A stretch of 64,000 nt of DNA from Felis catus (taxonomy: Eukaryota): the NCBI RefSeq assembly GCF_018350175.1, contig NC_058368.1, positions 131,628,001 through 131,692,000 on the forward strand, read 5' to 3'. Shown here piece after piece: positions 23,976-37,773 of this stretch (its first letter is position 1; each line of letters begins with the position of its first letter). The notes under the pieces are model-generated. The model worked only from the letters and a program-made list of their open reading frames with translations. It was not told where the DNA came from and made no database searches. The position numbers and the translations under genes are program-made.

Positions 23976-25885
23976 TAAAACATACTGGTTAAGATATGTT
24001 AATATGATAATCCTTTGTTTAACTTAACATCAAATGTCACCTATATATGAGTTTGCGTATTTTTGGAACTAAGTACTAGGCACACGTTTTGTACTTCTGA
24101 AAATAAGGATACTCCATGGCTTGAAATGATGTTACAGTGACTAATTGTCCCGCACATCAAATGTGCAATAAATACTACAGATTTATTATAAGTTCCTTTT
24201 GTTTTAATCTGCGTATGTGACACAAGGGCCAACGCTATACACAGGTGAAAACAGGCAGCTATTTCGGGATGATGAAGGAGCACAGAAAAGACCTGCCTGC
24301 CTTCACCTATTTTTCCTCTAGGCTGCCTTAGGGATAAGACACTACCTTCAGGTTTTTCTGTCAAAATCAACATCTTAGGGTAATACACCAGAATTGTTTT
24401 TTACTATATGAACCATTAATGCCCATTATTCCTCCAGAATCTAGTAGAACCATGAAGGGATGGAACACAGAGACAGTTTGAAAGGCTGCAGATGATATAA
24501 CGTGTGGTTGGGGGCAGGGAGAGGGGTAGTGGGGAAGAACCCCAGGTAGCCCGGGGCAGCTGAAGGGTGAAAGCTCCGGAAGAAAATCTGGGACTTTCAC
24601 AAAAGATACACTTGTTTCCAGTGTTGGTCTGGGGCTAGACCCATGAGACCCAAATGAGAAACCAGCATAGTCCTTTATTTTCTGGAGAAAGCCGAATTTT
24701 GCATGTGAGCTCTTCTGAGGCACTTGGCTGTGGCGTAGGAAAGACAGAGTAACTTTGCCGGCCTCAGTACTACTGAGGCAAAACCCTGGTGCATTTCCCC
24801 GTGTTACATAAGCCATATAGTTAGATGAACGCTGGTTCATCTACTAAATAAGTACTGAAAATGAAAACTGATTATCCTTGTCAAGTGCTGTGTAAATACA
24901 AACTCTTTTTACTGTGAGTCCAGAACTTAAATAAAAAATCAAGCCATCATTCTTTTTCCGATAATTGCCCCTAACATTTTGCCAGTGACCACTTTATAAA
25001 GGAATCAAATCCAAATGCTGCATTATTTAATCAGATTTCACTGTTTTAAATGAACAGGGATAGAAGGTGACACTTTAGGACATGTGACAGAGCTCATGTC
25101 TAGGCTCCTTCTATTTCTAATGTATCTCTAAACTTTATCCCTTTTATTTAAATTGCTTTATTCAACACATGCAATTGTAACAGCATATAAAGGGTTTTTC
25201 TGACAATGTACTCTTCCCTAAATAAAAAAAATAAAAGTGATCCCTCCATGTTTTATCATATTCCCATTTATACATTTTATCATAGGCAACAGAGAAAGGT
25301 TCAAGGACTTTAGAATAAATTTTACAGCATAAGTTCAGTAATTATTTAGCTTTAGATTGTTAAGCATATATTAGAATTGTATTACTTTTCCTTTTCATAA
25401 AATGTTTGTTTTCACTAAAATCAGTTGGCCTTTTGTAAATTAACCATAGCAAACAATAAAGGAATATTCTTCAGACTGAGACAAAAGACCTTGATAAAAA
25501 TAACTGATATCTCGGCTCTCTAATCATATTATTCTAGAGCCTTAATATTAAAGAGCTCTCATAATTGGCAATTGAATAGCTCTCCGTTAGTTTCTCTAAA
25601 AATAAGAGTTTTTAATCTCTTCTTGCAGGCTAGAAGAGTCTTATGATTTAAATATATTTTGGAAATCTGTTTCAACAGTTAAATCAAAAATGTCTGATAT
25701 TTTCAATTACTTAAAACATTTATGATTTTAAGCTCCCAGCAGAAATCTGCTGCTGAAGGGGAAAAAAAATTAAGAGCTGTTAGTCAGAAAGACGCTTATG
25801 TAAGAACTGTGACATTGGTCATTGCTTTGAAAGCAGGAAGTCCTATATTTTAGACTCAAGGCTTTAAGGAATCTTTATTGAGCAT

Positions 25886-25921
25886 CCCTCCCCGCCGCCC
25901 CCCCCCCCCCCCCCCCCGCCC
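25886..25921. repeat. Poly-C tract upstream of the exon 3 acceptor
   Basis: CCCTCCCCGCCG(C)20GCCC. Confidence 0.9.
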
Positions 25922-25927
25922 AGCTGA

Positions 25928-26134
<207 letters not shown>

Positions 26135-26549
26135 TAGTGTACTGCCATAAACACTGAGGAATGTTAAACAAAAGCTAATCTTTCCCAAAGCCCTAAATGC
26201 ACCCCATGGCTGTCTACACACAATTAGAATGGATGTAAATGTTCAGGGAATGTTTGATATAAATTAATGAAAGAACTCTAGACCAATACTAAGTGCATAA
26301 GAACACTGATCATCTTGAACAGAAATTGTGGTAGAAACTGTTCTCAAATGTATCATTTTACCACTTGTGAACATGACTTTGGTTACAATCAGCGTGGGGA
26401 GTAAAAATATATAACAATCTTACTAGGGGTAAATGCCATCCAAGACTGCTGCTATTTCCCTAAATGAATTTGGCTGCAAGAAGACAAATTACATATTATG
26501 TCTCAAAGATTTAAAAATAGGGGGAACTCAACCAACAATAGGGAGGCAG

Positions 26550-26950
26550 ATGAGTAACAGAAAAATCTCATTCCTGGACTTAAATCATAAAGGAATATAT
26601 TGGCTAAAAGGCCTGAAACTTCCAGAGGTGCCCATGACTTGAGCGTGGTTTGATCGGACTTTTGACTCACATTCTGAATGATCCTCTCTGCCTTCTCCTG
26701 GGGGTTGGCTTTACCCTCACACTGCTTTCCCTGACATCAGCGAACTGATTCCAATGGGTCCAGTCATCACATCTGCATACTAAAGGATCCATAAAGAGAC
26801 TTTTCCCCCATTATAGACTAGAAAATGTCCTGAGCTTCCTTCTGATTGGGTTAGATTGGACCATGGGTCTATAACTGAACCAATCACTGTGGCCAGAGGA
26901 ATGGTTTTATACAGATTGATTCGGCAATCAAGGCCCATTCCTGGGGAGGA
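26550..26950 (-). mobile_element. Old MaLR LTR (MLT1J/K/N-like)
   Basis: GTAACAGAAAA..AAAGGAATATATTGGCT..TCTGATTGG..TGAACCAATCACTGTGGCCAG. Confidence 0.65.
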
Positions 26951-27004
26951 AATCAAAAGTTTCTATTAGTTTCTAATTAGGAGAATTCCAGCTATATTTT
27001 CTTT

Positions 27005-27290
27005 ACTCATTCAGTGAACAAATAACTTATTGGAAATCTCTTAAAGGCAAACACTTTATGCTTGAGCTCAAAAGAACAGGATGATGTGAAGAAGGCAATC
27101 CTTGTCTGTGATTTAAATTCAGAGCGAGTAAACCCTGTAATTTCAGGGAAAATTTTATAAGGATGGGGCTTGAGCTGGGCTGTGAAGATAGGGTTCAAGT
27201 AGAGAAGGAAAAAGAAGGACCTTGCAGTTCACATAGAGACTTGGCATCAAACGAGCGTGCAGTTTGGGGGGAACTAAATGGCATAACAAA
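27005..27290 (-). mobile_element. L2 fragment
   Basis: CATTCAGTGAACAAATAACTTATTG start, then purine-rich L2 body. Confidence 0.55.
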
Positions 27291-27644
27291 GTCCTTGTAA
27301 AAATCAAATCTTGCATACGTGCTACGTATGCACAGGGCAGAACTAAAAATAGGATTATTCTACACTGCTCCAGAGAAGGGAGAACATTTTTTTGAAACAT
27401 GAATATTACTTTTTTTTTCCCCCTTTCTCCTTCTAAAAGCTGACCTTTCAACAATTTCCTTCACTACTTCTGTTATTCATGCAGCTGAACATGTTTGGAG
27501 AGATTAGCTCCTAGACGCTCCTAGACGCTCCTGATACCTGATCAGAAAACTGATCACTCACACACACTGATGACATTCAAACAAGTTGTCACTGGCCCAA
27601 TGTCTTCACTCATCCTGTCTACTCGCTCACCCGCTCATGCTGTC

Positions 27645-27649
<5 letters not shown>

Positions 27650-27691
<42 letters not shown>

Positions 27692-27733
27692 TGCACGTAC
27701 ACGTGTGTGCACTCATGCATGCGCATGCATGCA
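27650..27733. repeat. (CA)n plus alternating purine-pyrimidine tract
   Basis: Visible directly. Confidence 0.9.
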
Positions 27734-28374
27734 TTCTTACATGAACTCACATGCAGAGTAGCATTTTCATTCTTTTTAAACGCGGTTGAACAGAACAGGT
27801 ATGGGTAGCTTTTTTCTGGGCTCTGCATTGGCTACTCTTGCAGTATTTTATGTCATGAGCGTGTTGCCACTGCAATCTCCCTGGTTGATGACATGTCCTT
27901 AACACTCAGTGACCTCCAACCCCACTCTCGCTCTAACTCCTGTGTGCCACCTGGTCTCCTGCCATCCACTCCTACTCTGTCTTTTCACAACCGGCTTTTG
28001 AAAGAAAGGCTCTTCTCAGCTAGCTCTCTGTTTAAAAGTAAAAGGGACTCCCTCATCCAGGTTGTTTCCTTATTGTATTTGGAAATACTGTATTGTCTTG
28101 AGCACACAAGTAAAAACACACGGCCTCTTAACTGATCAGCTCATTTGGTCTTCAGTGCCTCCTGTCTTCATTGTCAGTCTCTGACCTGCTCCCTTCCCTG
28201 CTTCTTATTCTAAAAATAATAACCCCCTGCTCTCACACTTAGCCTTCCATGTACAACACTAAAAAGAATCTGCCTGATAGGGTCTTTGATTTCTCCCACA
28301 TATAGGATTAAGACTCCACTTGGACATCTATTTTATTCCTCTAAAATCATTATTATTTAAAGTGTAAATCCTTA

Positions 28375-28597
28375 TGGGGTGCCTGGGTGGCGCAGTCGGT
28401 TAAGCGTCCGACTTCAGCCAGGTCACAATCTCGCGGTCCATGAGTTCGAGCCCCGCGTCAGGCTCTGGGCTGATGGCTGGGAGCCTGGAGCCTGTTTCCG
28501 ATTCTGTGTCTCCCTCTCTCTCTGCCCCTCCCCCGTTCATGCTCTGTCTCTCTCTGTCCCCAAAATAAATAAAAAACGTTGAAAAAAAAATTTTTTT
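28375..28597 (+). mobile_element. Young CAN-SINE
   Basis: Perfect 16-bp TSD aaagtgtaaatcctta. Confidence 0.95.
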
Positions 28598-28639
28598 AAA
28601 GTGTAAATCCTTAGACAAACTGCTTCAAAATTATCCAGG

Positions 28640-29095
28640 ATGCCGACTAACCTTGCAGGCTCATGGATCCTACCCCAGACCTACTGCATCAGAATCTCTG
28701 GGGGACCTCCAGGTGATTCCGAAACACCGTGAAGATTGGAAGGTGTCACTCTACCCTTTGAAACAAAAGGAAATCACCCCACTATATGAGTAAAAACTAA
28801 ACCTTCCAGATCCTTACCTTGCCATTCTCTATCCACCTAAGTATATGCCTTCAACTTTGTTCTACGCTTTCTTCTTTATCATCCATGCTGATGAAAACCA
28901 AATACGAAAGCAGTAGGTACCTCTGATGAGCAAGAGCTGTGTGTGATGGCTCGTGCTGTCTCTGCAAGCCCTTGACACGACCATTGAAATCAAGCTGTGG
29001 TTTTCAAAGTGTAGTCTCCACACTAGGAGTACCAGCATCACTCGTTAGAAACGCAAATTCTTGGGCCCCAACCTAGATCTATGGTATCGAAAGCT
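28640..29095. mobile_element. Two MER5-like fragments (about 28640-28740 and 28995-29095)
   Basis: CCCCAGACCTACTGCATCAGAATCTCTGGGG..CCAGGTGATTC and TTTTCAAAGTGTAGTC..TTAGAAACGCAAATTCTTGGGCCCCA. Confidence 0.65.
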
Positions 29096-29395
29096 CCTCA
29101 AAATTTACTTTCTTCCTGCTTGAAGAAAATTAAAAGAACAATTCATCGAGACATTTCTCCAACTGAATCTATTTGTAACCTTCTGTAACCTTCTGTAATC
29201 ACCGTCTGGAATCAGCAAACCATCCTTCTACCCCTGGCAAGCCTCCTGTGTTTCCAGGAAACACGTCCAAGAGCTAATTGTCTCATGTACTGTTACCTCT
29301 GTCTAAGCACCAGTAGAAGTAAGGCAATGAAGACAAAGAGATTTTCTTAGTGAGAAATCCTTAAACTAGGAGTAAAGAAAACTATCTTATTTAAA

Positions 29396-29429
<34 letters not shown>

Positions 29430-29430
<1 letters not shown>

Positions 29431-29680
29431 GGGCACCTGAGTGGCTCAGTCAAGTTAACTGTCTGACTTTGACTCGGGTCATGATCTCAGGTTGATGAGT
29501 TGGAGCTCCACATCGGGCTCACTGCTGCCAACACTGAGCCCCCTTCAGATCCTCTGTTCCCCTCTCTCTGCCCCTCCCCCCCCACCACTCTCACCCCACC
29601 CTATCACCCCTCACCTCCCTGCCTGTGCATGTGCTCACTCTATCTCTCGAAAATAAGTAAACCTTAAAAAAATAATTAAT
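29430..29680 (+). mobile_element. CAN-SINE preceded by an A28 run
   Basis: Head GGGGCACCTGAGTGGCTCAG, C-rich insert, tail. Confidence 0.9.
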
Positions 29681-30249
29681 AAACTTGAAAAACTACGTGA
29701 AAAATGGAAATAACTAGAAGTAGGCACCAAGGAAAATATCATTAAACCAAAGAAAATAAAGCACTAGAAAACATGTATGAAAATACATACTTGACAAATA
29801 TCCTGAAAATTTCTGGAGTGCCAAATAAAATACTAGCTCTTAGAAAAGGGATGGTTCCATTAAAGAAATTATTCCTAATTTTTCTAGCCCTATATTTGTA
29901 TTACACTTCTTCTCTATTTCTTTATTCTCTCCGTTAATTTCCTCATTACACCTAGGAGATTAACCCTATAATGATTGCTTTCGATTCCTGGCTTCTTTCT
30001 GTTCACTAATTTATATTCCCACCATCAGAATGGCATAGAAAATGTCAGTTCATTTCATTAGTTTTTCTTCTTTCTTTCTTTGGTATCATTGGAAACTGGA
30101 GAGTAACCTGTGTCCAAGAGCCTCCAGCTAGTAAACAATAAGTATATGAAATGTGCTGCTAACAATCTGGAAGGCCATGACGAAAGAGAATAGAAATACT
30201 TGACTCCAGTGACCATGGACTGCCAGAAATGACTGGAAGAAATATGTCT

Positions 30250-30364
30250 AGGGGAGCCTCATTGACTCAGCCCATAGAGCATGCAGCTCTCAATCTTGGG
30301 GTTGAAAATTCAAGCCCCAAATTGGGTGTAGGGATTACTTAAAAGTAAAATCTTAAAAACAAAA
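30250..30364 (+). mobile_element. Short tRNA-Lys-like SINE (no CT tract)
   Basis: Perfect TSD ggaagaaatatgtc; tRNA-Lys(CTT)-like body plus short tail. Confidence 0.85.
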
Positions 30365-31480
30365 GGAAGAAATATGTCCACAGACCACAGCACAGGAGTA
30401 CTCTTACTCAAGTAAGAGTTGGGCAAATTAAGAGATGTAACATGCATCTTGTCCTGGAAACGTACAGCCCCTTCTCATAAAAGTAGACAGAGGGGAGTCA
30501 GCAAGCCTAAGCGGCCTTACTGCATGAGAACAAGAAATGGGGAAGGGATGGGGAAGAAGGCTCTGCCAATGTGACTAAGTCCCCTTTCCCCAGGATCTAT
30601 AGAAATCTGTCTACAAGATTGAAGATGCCAGATAACATATTCTTTATCCAAAGGCAGTAGTATCTCTGGTGTGGCCTTGGGCTAGGGAAGTGGCCTGTCT
30701 AGAAAATCTCACTAAGTCCCTTTATCCAGGAAATCAGTAGTCCTTGGAATCTTGGGAATAGTGACTCCCATTCTAGTCTGTGACACTTCAAATATCTTTC
30801 TACTTAGAATTTCTTTCTGGTATGTTTCTTCTAATGTGTGGTAAAAGTTGGTGTTTGGATAACTTTTAGGTTAGCTAATTTCTTATCCCTCTGCATGAGT
30901 GTTACTGGTTGGCCATTCCCCCTCTTCTTCACTATTTCTTTTCCATCAGAGAAAAGGAAGGAAGTGTAACTGAATCAAGTTTGGCTCTATAGGAGGGTCT
31001 TTGGTCAATTTGTTGTTGTTGTTGTTGTTGAGATTAGATATTGAAGCTAGATTGTTTCACAGTTACATGTACTTTTAACTTATTTTTATTTCTAGTTACC
31101 CCCTGGCTACCACCAGAAGTTCAGCAAGTACTCTGTATCATGTTTAGTTTTGCTATTGTATTGAGGAGTCATAAGCTTACTCTTTGGAGAAAAAGAGTGC
31201 ACAAAGTTATGGCAGGAGCAAAGAGTATGGTTTCCTTCTGGGAAAAAATAAGGCTCAAATCATTTTAAAACTCCTGTAGGGAGCTTGGATTTAGTACTGA
31301 AGATTGTCTTCTTCTCACAATTAAGCAAATTCTAAGTATCCTTAGTCCTTAACATAATCTTCTGTGGATCTTCATGCTTTTTCCATGCACCATGCTTCTG
31401 AATTTTTGCTGTCTCATACATCTCCCTGGTACAATCTACTTGGAAATCTTTTAAAATTTACAAGATCACGCTACTGCCAA

Positions 31481-31550
31481 AAAGAAGAAGGAGAAGGAGG
31501 AAGAGGTAGAGATGGAGGAGGAGAAGGAGGAGAAGAATAAGAAGAAAAAC
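31481..31550. repeat. GA-rich low-complexity tract
   Basis: (GAA/GGA)n. Confidence 0.8.
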
Positions 31551-32619
31551 AGTAATGAAATGATTTTCTTTTTTCACGGCCAACAAAATTAAAGTCAATT
31601 ACAGTAATGTGAGGTAAAATCCAGACTTAGTAAAGGCATTGGGTTGTACCATGTAGCTTGTGGTTTGGAGGATTGTTTATTTCAAGAAGATGACAGATGG
31701 GAATAATTTTAGTCATTTTGTAGTTTCATATTCTAACACTTAAAGTTGTAGATTGGACCATTGCTTGACAAAGTGTAATTTCTTTGTTTATACTGCAAAA
31801 TAGTTGCTGTCTCTTCTTCACACTTAGTGAGTAGGAAATCTTTTCCCATAGCTGAGTCCATGTATCGCACTGACCATCAGTGCCTGTTTCCTGCCACCAG
31901 ATGAAATGAGACTGTAGGTCTCATTTGCTCTGTTGGCAGTAAGTGGGGCCAGGTTTCTAAGGGAATTGAATGATCCTACTGTTTTGACCATGGTTTTCCT
32001 CTCTCTCATGTTCTCTCCGCATTCAATCAGTTTGGGCAACAGTGCTATTGAAAGGAGCAGAGACAATAGAACATTCCAGCACAGCTCCCCTTCACATGTG
32101 AACTTGCTCTTTCCATCTGTGTTTTTGCCTCACCTGGCTCTGACAGTGAGGGGCCAGTGGTCCCCTCTGACTCTGCTCTACCTCTGGGCCACAGCTCACA
32201 GCCAAATTGTCCCCAAGTCCTCTGAGGGTATAATGTAATCACAAAGGGAAAGGAGAGAGAAATGTTGAAAGTTGAAAAAAATCTTAATTCAAAATCTAGT
32301 GGGAGCTGAGAGCTCAAGATGCTATTATGAGAAATTAATGAACTGCCTGCCATCCAGCAAAATACAGAATGAACTCAAGACAAAGAATAGAATATGAGCA
32401 GTAAAGACTCCAATATATTCAACCCTCCTATTAAGAAATGTAAAGGAAATGACCCACACCAATAAAAGAAACAAGCAACATAAAAACAGAAATAGAATAT
32501 AGCCACAAGACTTTATTTTCCAATGTAATGAAGCAATTGATACTAAAATAGAACAGCAGGTTAGAAGAAATGAAACAGAATAGATCTTAGACTATGATTC
32601 AAATTCTGAGTGGAAACAT

Positions 32620-33060
32620 GCGTTCATTCTTTGAACAAATATTTATTGAGCACCTATCATATCTAAGGATATGATAGCACCTAGAACAGGTGCTAGGGGA
32701 CTTCAGGGATCAAGGCTGAAGACACACCTTTTACTGTCAAGTATATACTCTAAAGCAGAAAAATAGGGGAAAAAAAGAAAAAAGAAAAGAAAAGAGGAGA
32801 GGAGAGGAAAGAAGAAAAAAGAAAAAAATTCAAATGTTCTAAAAATCCCCGATACTAATAAGTGCAATGTCAGTAATTAAAATAGAATAGATGATACAAC
32901 AGAAGGAAAGTGGGTGGCTACCCTAGAAGGGAAGGCCAAAGCTCTGTGAGGAGACAGCATTTAATCAAAGATTTGAATGACAAGATGGAAACAACCTCAT
33001 AAACATTGGTGTCTGATGCAAAGAATCCAAGACTAGAATGAATTTGCACTGTTTGCAGAA
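32620..33060 (-). mobile_element. L2 fragment with internal A/G-rich repeat
   Basis: TTCATTCTTTGAACAAATATTTATTGAGCACCTA. Confidence 0.7.
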
Positions 33061-33204
33061 TATAATTATAACCACCTTCTGGAATCTATTACAAGGGTTA
33101 TCTAGCACCGTCTATTACTCTCTCTCTCTCTCCCTGTCTTCACATGCCAAACAGTGAGTAGGACAACATATTCATCACCTTGTACCAAAGTTGAGTCAGT
33201 TGAG

Positions 33205-33420
33205 GACTAGGATGATAGCAGTAACAATAGCTTCCGCTTACTGTGTACTTTCTACTAGCAGCTGCTTTATACATACTATCTGGTTTTTTCCTCACTGTTA
33301 TTTCCTCCATTGGACAGATGAAGAACCCGAAGCTGAAAGAGATAACTTGCCCAAGGTCCCATAGCACATTAAGCCCACTGCAAAGTTCCTGATTGTTCCA
33401 GCACACCAGACCCTTTCCCA
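33205..33420 (-). mobile_element. MIR
   Basis: ACAGATGAAGAACCCGAAGCTGAAAGAGATAACTTGCCCAAGGTC. Confidence 0.7.
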
Positions 33421-35689
33421 CTAAGCTCCATTGGAGAAGGGCAAGAGAACATACCAAATGGAGAAATAAAAAGTACTAGTATGATTGGTTGAATTTTATG
33501 CACAGATCCGACTTTTTAAAGATTAGTGTACATATTTCAAAATACCGTATTTAATGGCTAAAATCTATTTTGTATTTAATTTCCTACCAAAATAACATTA
33601 AGTTGGAGAGTTACTTTTAAGATGGGAAGCAAACTTAACTCCATAGATCATTTAATGATCTATTTATAGATCTATTTATTATAGATCTGTTTATCATAAT
33701 GATCTATTTATAAAATATTTTACTTTGGGTGGGAAGAATTCTGACAAAGAAATGAGTATATTTAGTAAAATTAAATTAAAATTAAATTAAATGTAGCATT
33801 TGTGTGATCCAAAGGAAGGATAATTCAGCCATCATACTCCTGTGGGAAAATTGGAATTAATTAATTATACAGTAAATATACCTTATATATTGTTCTGCTC
33901 TACTTTAGGGGCCAGAAATGAAGCAGTAAAAACTGCATAGGGACCTTCTTCAAATGCATCTCTTTATCTGCTCTTCTCCAGTGCTGCTGGGGGACCCTTG
34001 GGCCTCTGCTTCCTCACATAGCTACGTGCAGCTGCCAAGATGGCTGCTACTGTGGGGGCAGTGACAGGACTACAGTACCGTAAGGAGCACAGAGGACTGT
34101 GGGGAAAGGAGGATAGTTCTGTATCTCTCCCAAATTGGCAAATGTTTATTTTCCAGCGTATGGATAAGAATAGAGCTCTGTTTATGTTATCATTTTTATT
34201 TTCCACTATGTGTTTTATGGCACTGTGAGTATCTTCTTACCACAGCGTAGAAAAGCCTTTGAAACTACGTTCTCATATAGGTAAACAGCTAACTGAATTA
34301 AAATAACTTACCTCTTCTCAAACTACATGCTTTTTAGAAACTCGAGAGTAAAGTTGGATTACTTCACAAGCAGCCTACATTTCCTCAGTTTGTTTTTTCT
34401 TTTCATAGTGCAGAGAGGTAAAAAGCACCTACCAGTTGTGGAAACACTTGAGAGCGAGAACAACTACCTAGATAAGGTTCCATACATGCATCTGATGCAA
34501 ACCGTGTTCGTTTTGCTCCCAGTCAGGATGAAAACTTTTGTGAAAGCCTTGTCTGTGCAGAGCAGACAACGTGTCGGCAGTACCAAGAACACAGGCAATT
34601 TGCCCCAATCATCAAGGAGATGAGAGTGCAGTGGTGTCATATTAGCTCAGAGAAGATTGGTTTTGATTCCTAGGGAAATGTACGCAAATGGATGAAATGG
34701 ACATTGCTAGACACCAGGGGCCTCCAAAGAGACACTGTCTATAGCAGTGCTTCCCAATGTCACTGGCAGGAAAGCAAGAAGGAATGGGAGGGAGAAAGGG
34801 AAAAACAGTAGAGGAAAGCATGGATAGAGAAGAAAGAGGGTAGGAAAAATAAGAAATCAGGAGAAGGAAAGTCAAGTCGAGTGTGATAAAGAAGCTCGCA
34901 CTGGAAATGAAGGACCTCCGCACCATCTGCCAGGGCCCGTGCCTAGGATTTCTGAGGTGGAGGGTAGTCTCTGGAACTCTTGAGGCTGCCCCAGAATCAG
35001 ATGTGTTTTTATTTCTCCTAAACAACTGACCATTTCTCACGAATATAAGAATAACCAACTTTCCAAACTGGTATGTGCTTCATGGGTGGTTTCTCTTAAC
35101 TTTTCCTCAAACACGCCTATTATATTATCCATAAACAAACTAAAAATACATGGAAACCCCAAGGGAGCTGAAGGCAAAAAGCTTTGCAAGGCCCTGAGGA
35201 ATGTAGCCAACTTTCTGATGTCTAGTTCTTAACAGTGATGAAGCCAGCTTAGTGTGATTTCAAGGTACTCTATGGACTCTCTCCCCTACGTCTATCCCCT
35301 CCCTGAGCAAATATTTGTTCACTGAGGCCTGAAATTGATTTTTCAGGGGACAGAGTTTTTCATTTCATAATCAGAAATGATTTTGAATGCATATTCAAAA
35401 TCTCTTGGGTACAGTAAAACGTTGACTTGAAGTTACCATTTGTAAGCTGGTTGACCCCTTTCCTGAGAGCCCACCTGATGTTAGAGAACTGGTACTCCAA
35501 TCTAAGGACACCTGGTCAAACAGGGAAGCTAGGGATAAGGAATTCAAACTAGCCACTGTCCAGGTGTGTAGACCAGAACTCTGCTGACTCATTAATGTGG
35601 TCCTAAGAACATCTATGAACTGAACCTAATTTTCCAGCTTCATCTTTCACTAACAGTCCTCACCTCACCTGCCCCCCATACCTTGTCCT

Positions 35690-36075
35690 GCCGCTCTCCA
35701 GGCATCTTGAACTATCTGTAGGTATAGTATCTGTAGGTACTTGAACTTGCACGTTCTTTGCAGTTCCTCCTTTTGCTTGGAACTTATTACCCATCCTCCC
35801 CCATCCCACGCCCATCCCTTTCATCTGGCCTACTTTCTGGGTCATAATTTAGATGGGACTTCCTATAGGAAGCTTTCCCTGGGCCTACATCCCCGAGCAT
35901 TTCCACAGCACGGATTTTAGCACCTTTTACATTGAGGGGTAGGTAGTGGCCTGTTTTCCTGTCTGTTGTCCTCTCTAGACTTGATCACCTTGAGTGTATT
36001 CACCGTTGTATCCCCAGAATTTAGCATAGTGCCTAGAGCAAAATTTCCATGAATAACTAGTGAATGGATGAATGT
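35690..36075 (+). mobile_element. L2 3' end
   Basis: TTCACCGTTGTATCCCCAGAATTTAGCATAGTGCCT..TGAATGGATGAATG. Confidence 0.7.
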
Positions 36076-37093
36076 ACTGCTTTCATTTTGCATTTATTGT
36101 CAAAAGAGAGGGAGTATAATTGGTGGAAAATCTTGTCCAGACATGTTAGACTGAACTCATACATATATTTTCCCTCCTTCGGAAACTCCATTGAAATAAC
36201 AGAAAAAAGATATCATGAAAAAAATAAATAAATTCATATTAGTTCTTATATTTGTCAGGATAGAGTACTGCTTCCTGAAACAACACCAAATCTTGATGGA
36301 TTAAAACAGTTAGAATTCATTATCCATGACAGAGTCCAATGCGAGAGCTGAGAGGGTGAGCAGTTTTGCTCCTTCCACTCTCCACGTCCATCCAATGGTC
36401 AGGAGGAGAAAAGACAGCAAGGAGCATCACATGGGAGGATTTTTCGGAGCGAATTTGGAAGAGGAATACATCACTCCTACTTACAATCCACTGGCCGTAG
36501 CTCTCCCACATGCCACCCCCGCCCCCCACCCCCACTTGTAAGAGGAAAAGGAAACAGAGGTTGGCAAACAAAGAACAGTCTTCTATGCCCCTGAAAAACA
36601 AGGAAGGACGTCTTCAACAAACCAGAAATTTGGAAGAATTTCTCAAAGCCCCAAAGTTATTGAGATTGGATTGGTAGATATAAATGAACAGAGGAAACCA
36701 CAGCTGATAAGATACTCAAAAAGAAACAAAAGAAATTCAAGCAGGAGAAAATTACTGCAAAAATAAAATCAATTCCAGAAATACTTTGAACTTGGAATCA
36801 ACAAATGCAAATCACAGGAAGGGTTTCTGGGACTATTGTCAGGGAAATTAATGTTTGAAATGGCATTCAGAAAAAACTGGGCTGCCCCACACTGAGCAAT
36901 GAGACCATCACTGCTCGCCCCAGGAGGACATCTGGTGTGATTGTCCGGACTGGGCAGCAAAGCAGAGCAGAGTGTGAAATAACTCTGAGCCTCCATAAAG
37001 ACAGCTGTAGAAGAAAAAGAAAGTGAACACATTACTCCAGTGTTTTTTCACAGGCTAAATTGTTCAGTATATCTCACTGGAGTAGGAGTTTTA

Positions 37094-37773
37094 TTTTTAT
37101 TTTTATTTTTTAATATATGAAATTTATTGTCAAATTGGTTTCCATACAACACCCAGTGCTCATCCCAAAAGATGCCCTCTTCAATGCCCATCACCTCCCC
37201 CCCCCCCCCATCAACTCTCAGTTTGTTCTCAGTTTTTTAGAGTCTCTAATGCTTTGGCTCTCTCCCACTCTAACCTCTTTTTTTTTTCCTTCCCCTCCCC
37301 CATGGGTTTCTGTTAAGTTTCTCAGGATCCACATAGGAGTGAAACCATATGGTATCTGTCTTTCTCTGTATGGCTTATTTCACTTAGCATAACCCTCTCC
37401 AGTTCCATCCACATTGCTACAAAGGGCCATAGTTCATTCTTTCTCATTGCCACGTAGCACTCCATTGTGTATATAAACCACAATTTCTTTATCCATTCAT
37501 CAGTGGATGGACATTTAGGCTCTTTCCACAATTTGGCTATTGTTGAGAGTGCTGCGATAAACATTGGTGTACAAGTGCCCCTATGCATCAGTACTCCTGT
37601 ACCCCTTGGGTAAATTCCTAGCAGTGCTACTGCTGGGTCATAGGGTAGGTCTGTTTTTAATTTTTTGAGGAACCTCCACACTGTTTTCCAGAGTGGCTAT
37701 ACCAGTTTGCATTCCCACCAACAGCACAAGAGGGTGGATCCCATTTCTCCACATCCTCTCCAGCATCTACAGT
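37094..37773 (-). mobile_element. Young 5'-truncated feline L1 (ORF2 C-terminus, 3'UTR, A tail)
   Basis: Open frame 37322-37681 ([45 protein letters not shown]); perfect 16-bp TSD tggagtaggagtttta. Confidence 0.95.

Noticed and set aside
24367..24840. Longest ORF (157 aa, minus strand)
   Set aside because: Low-information Ser/Pro/Phe-rich peptide with no recognisable domain; probably a chance intronic ORF.
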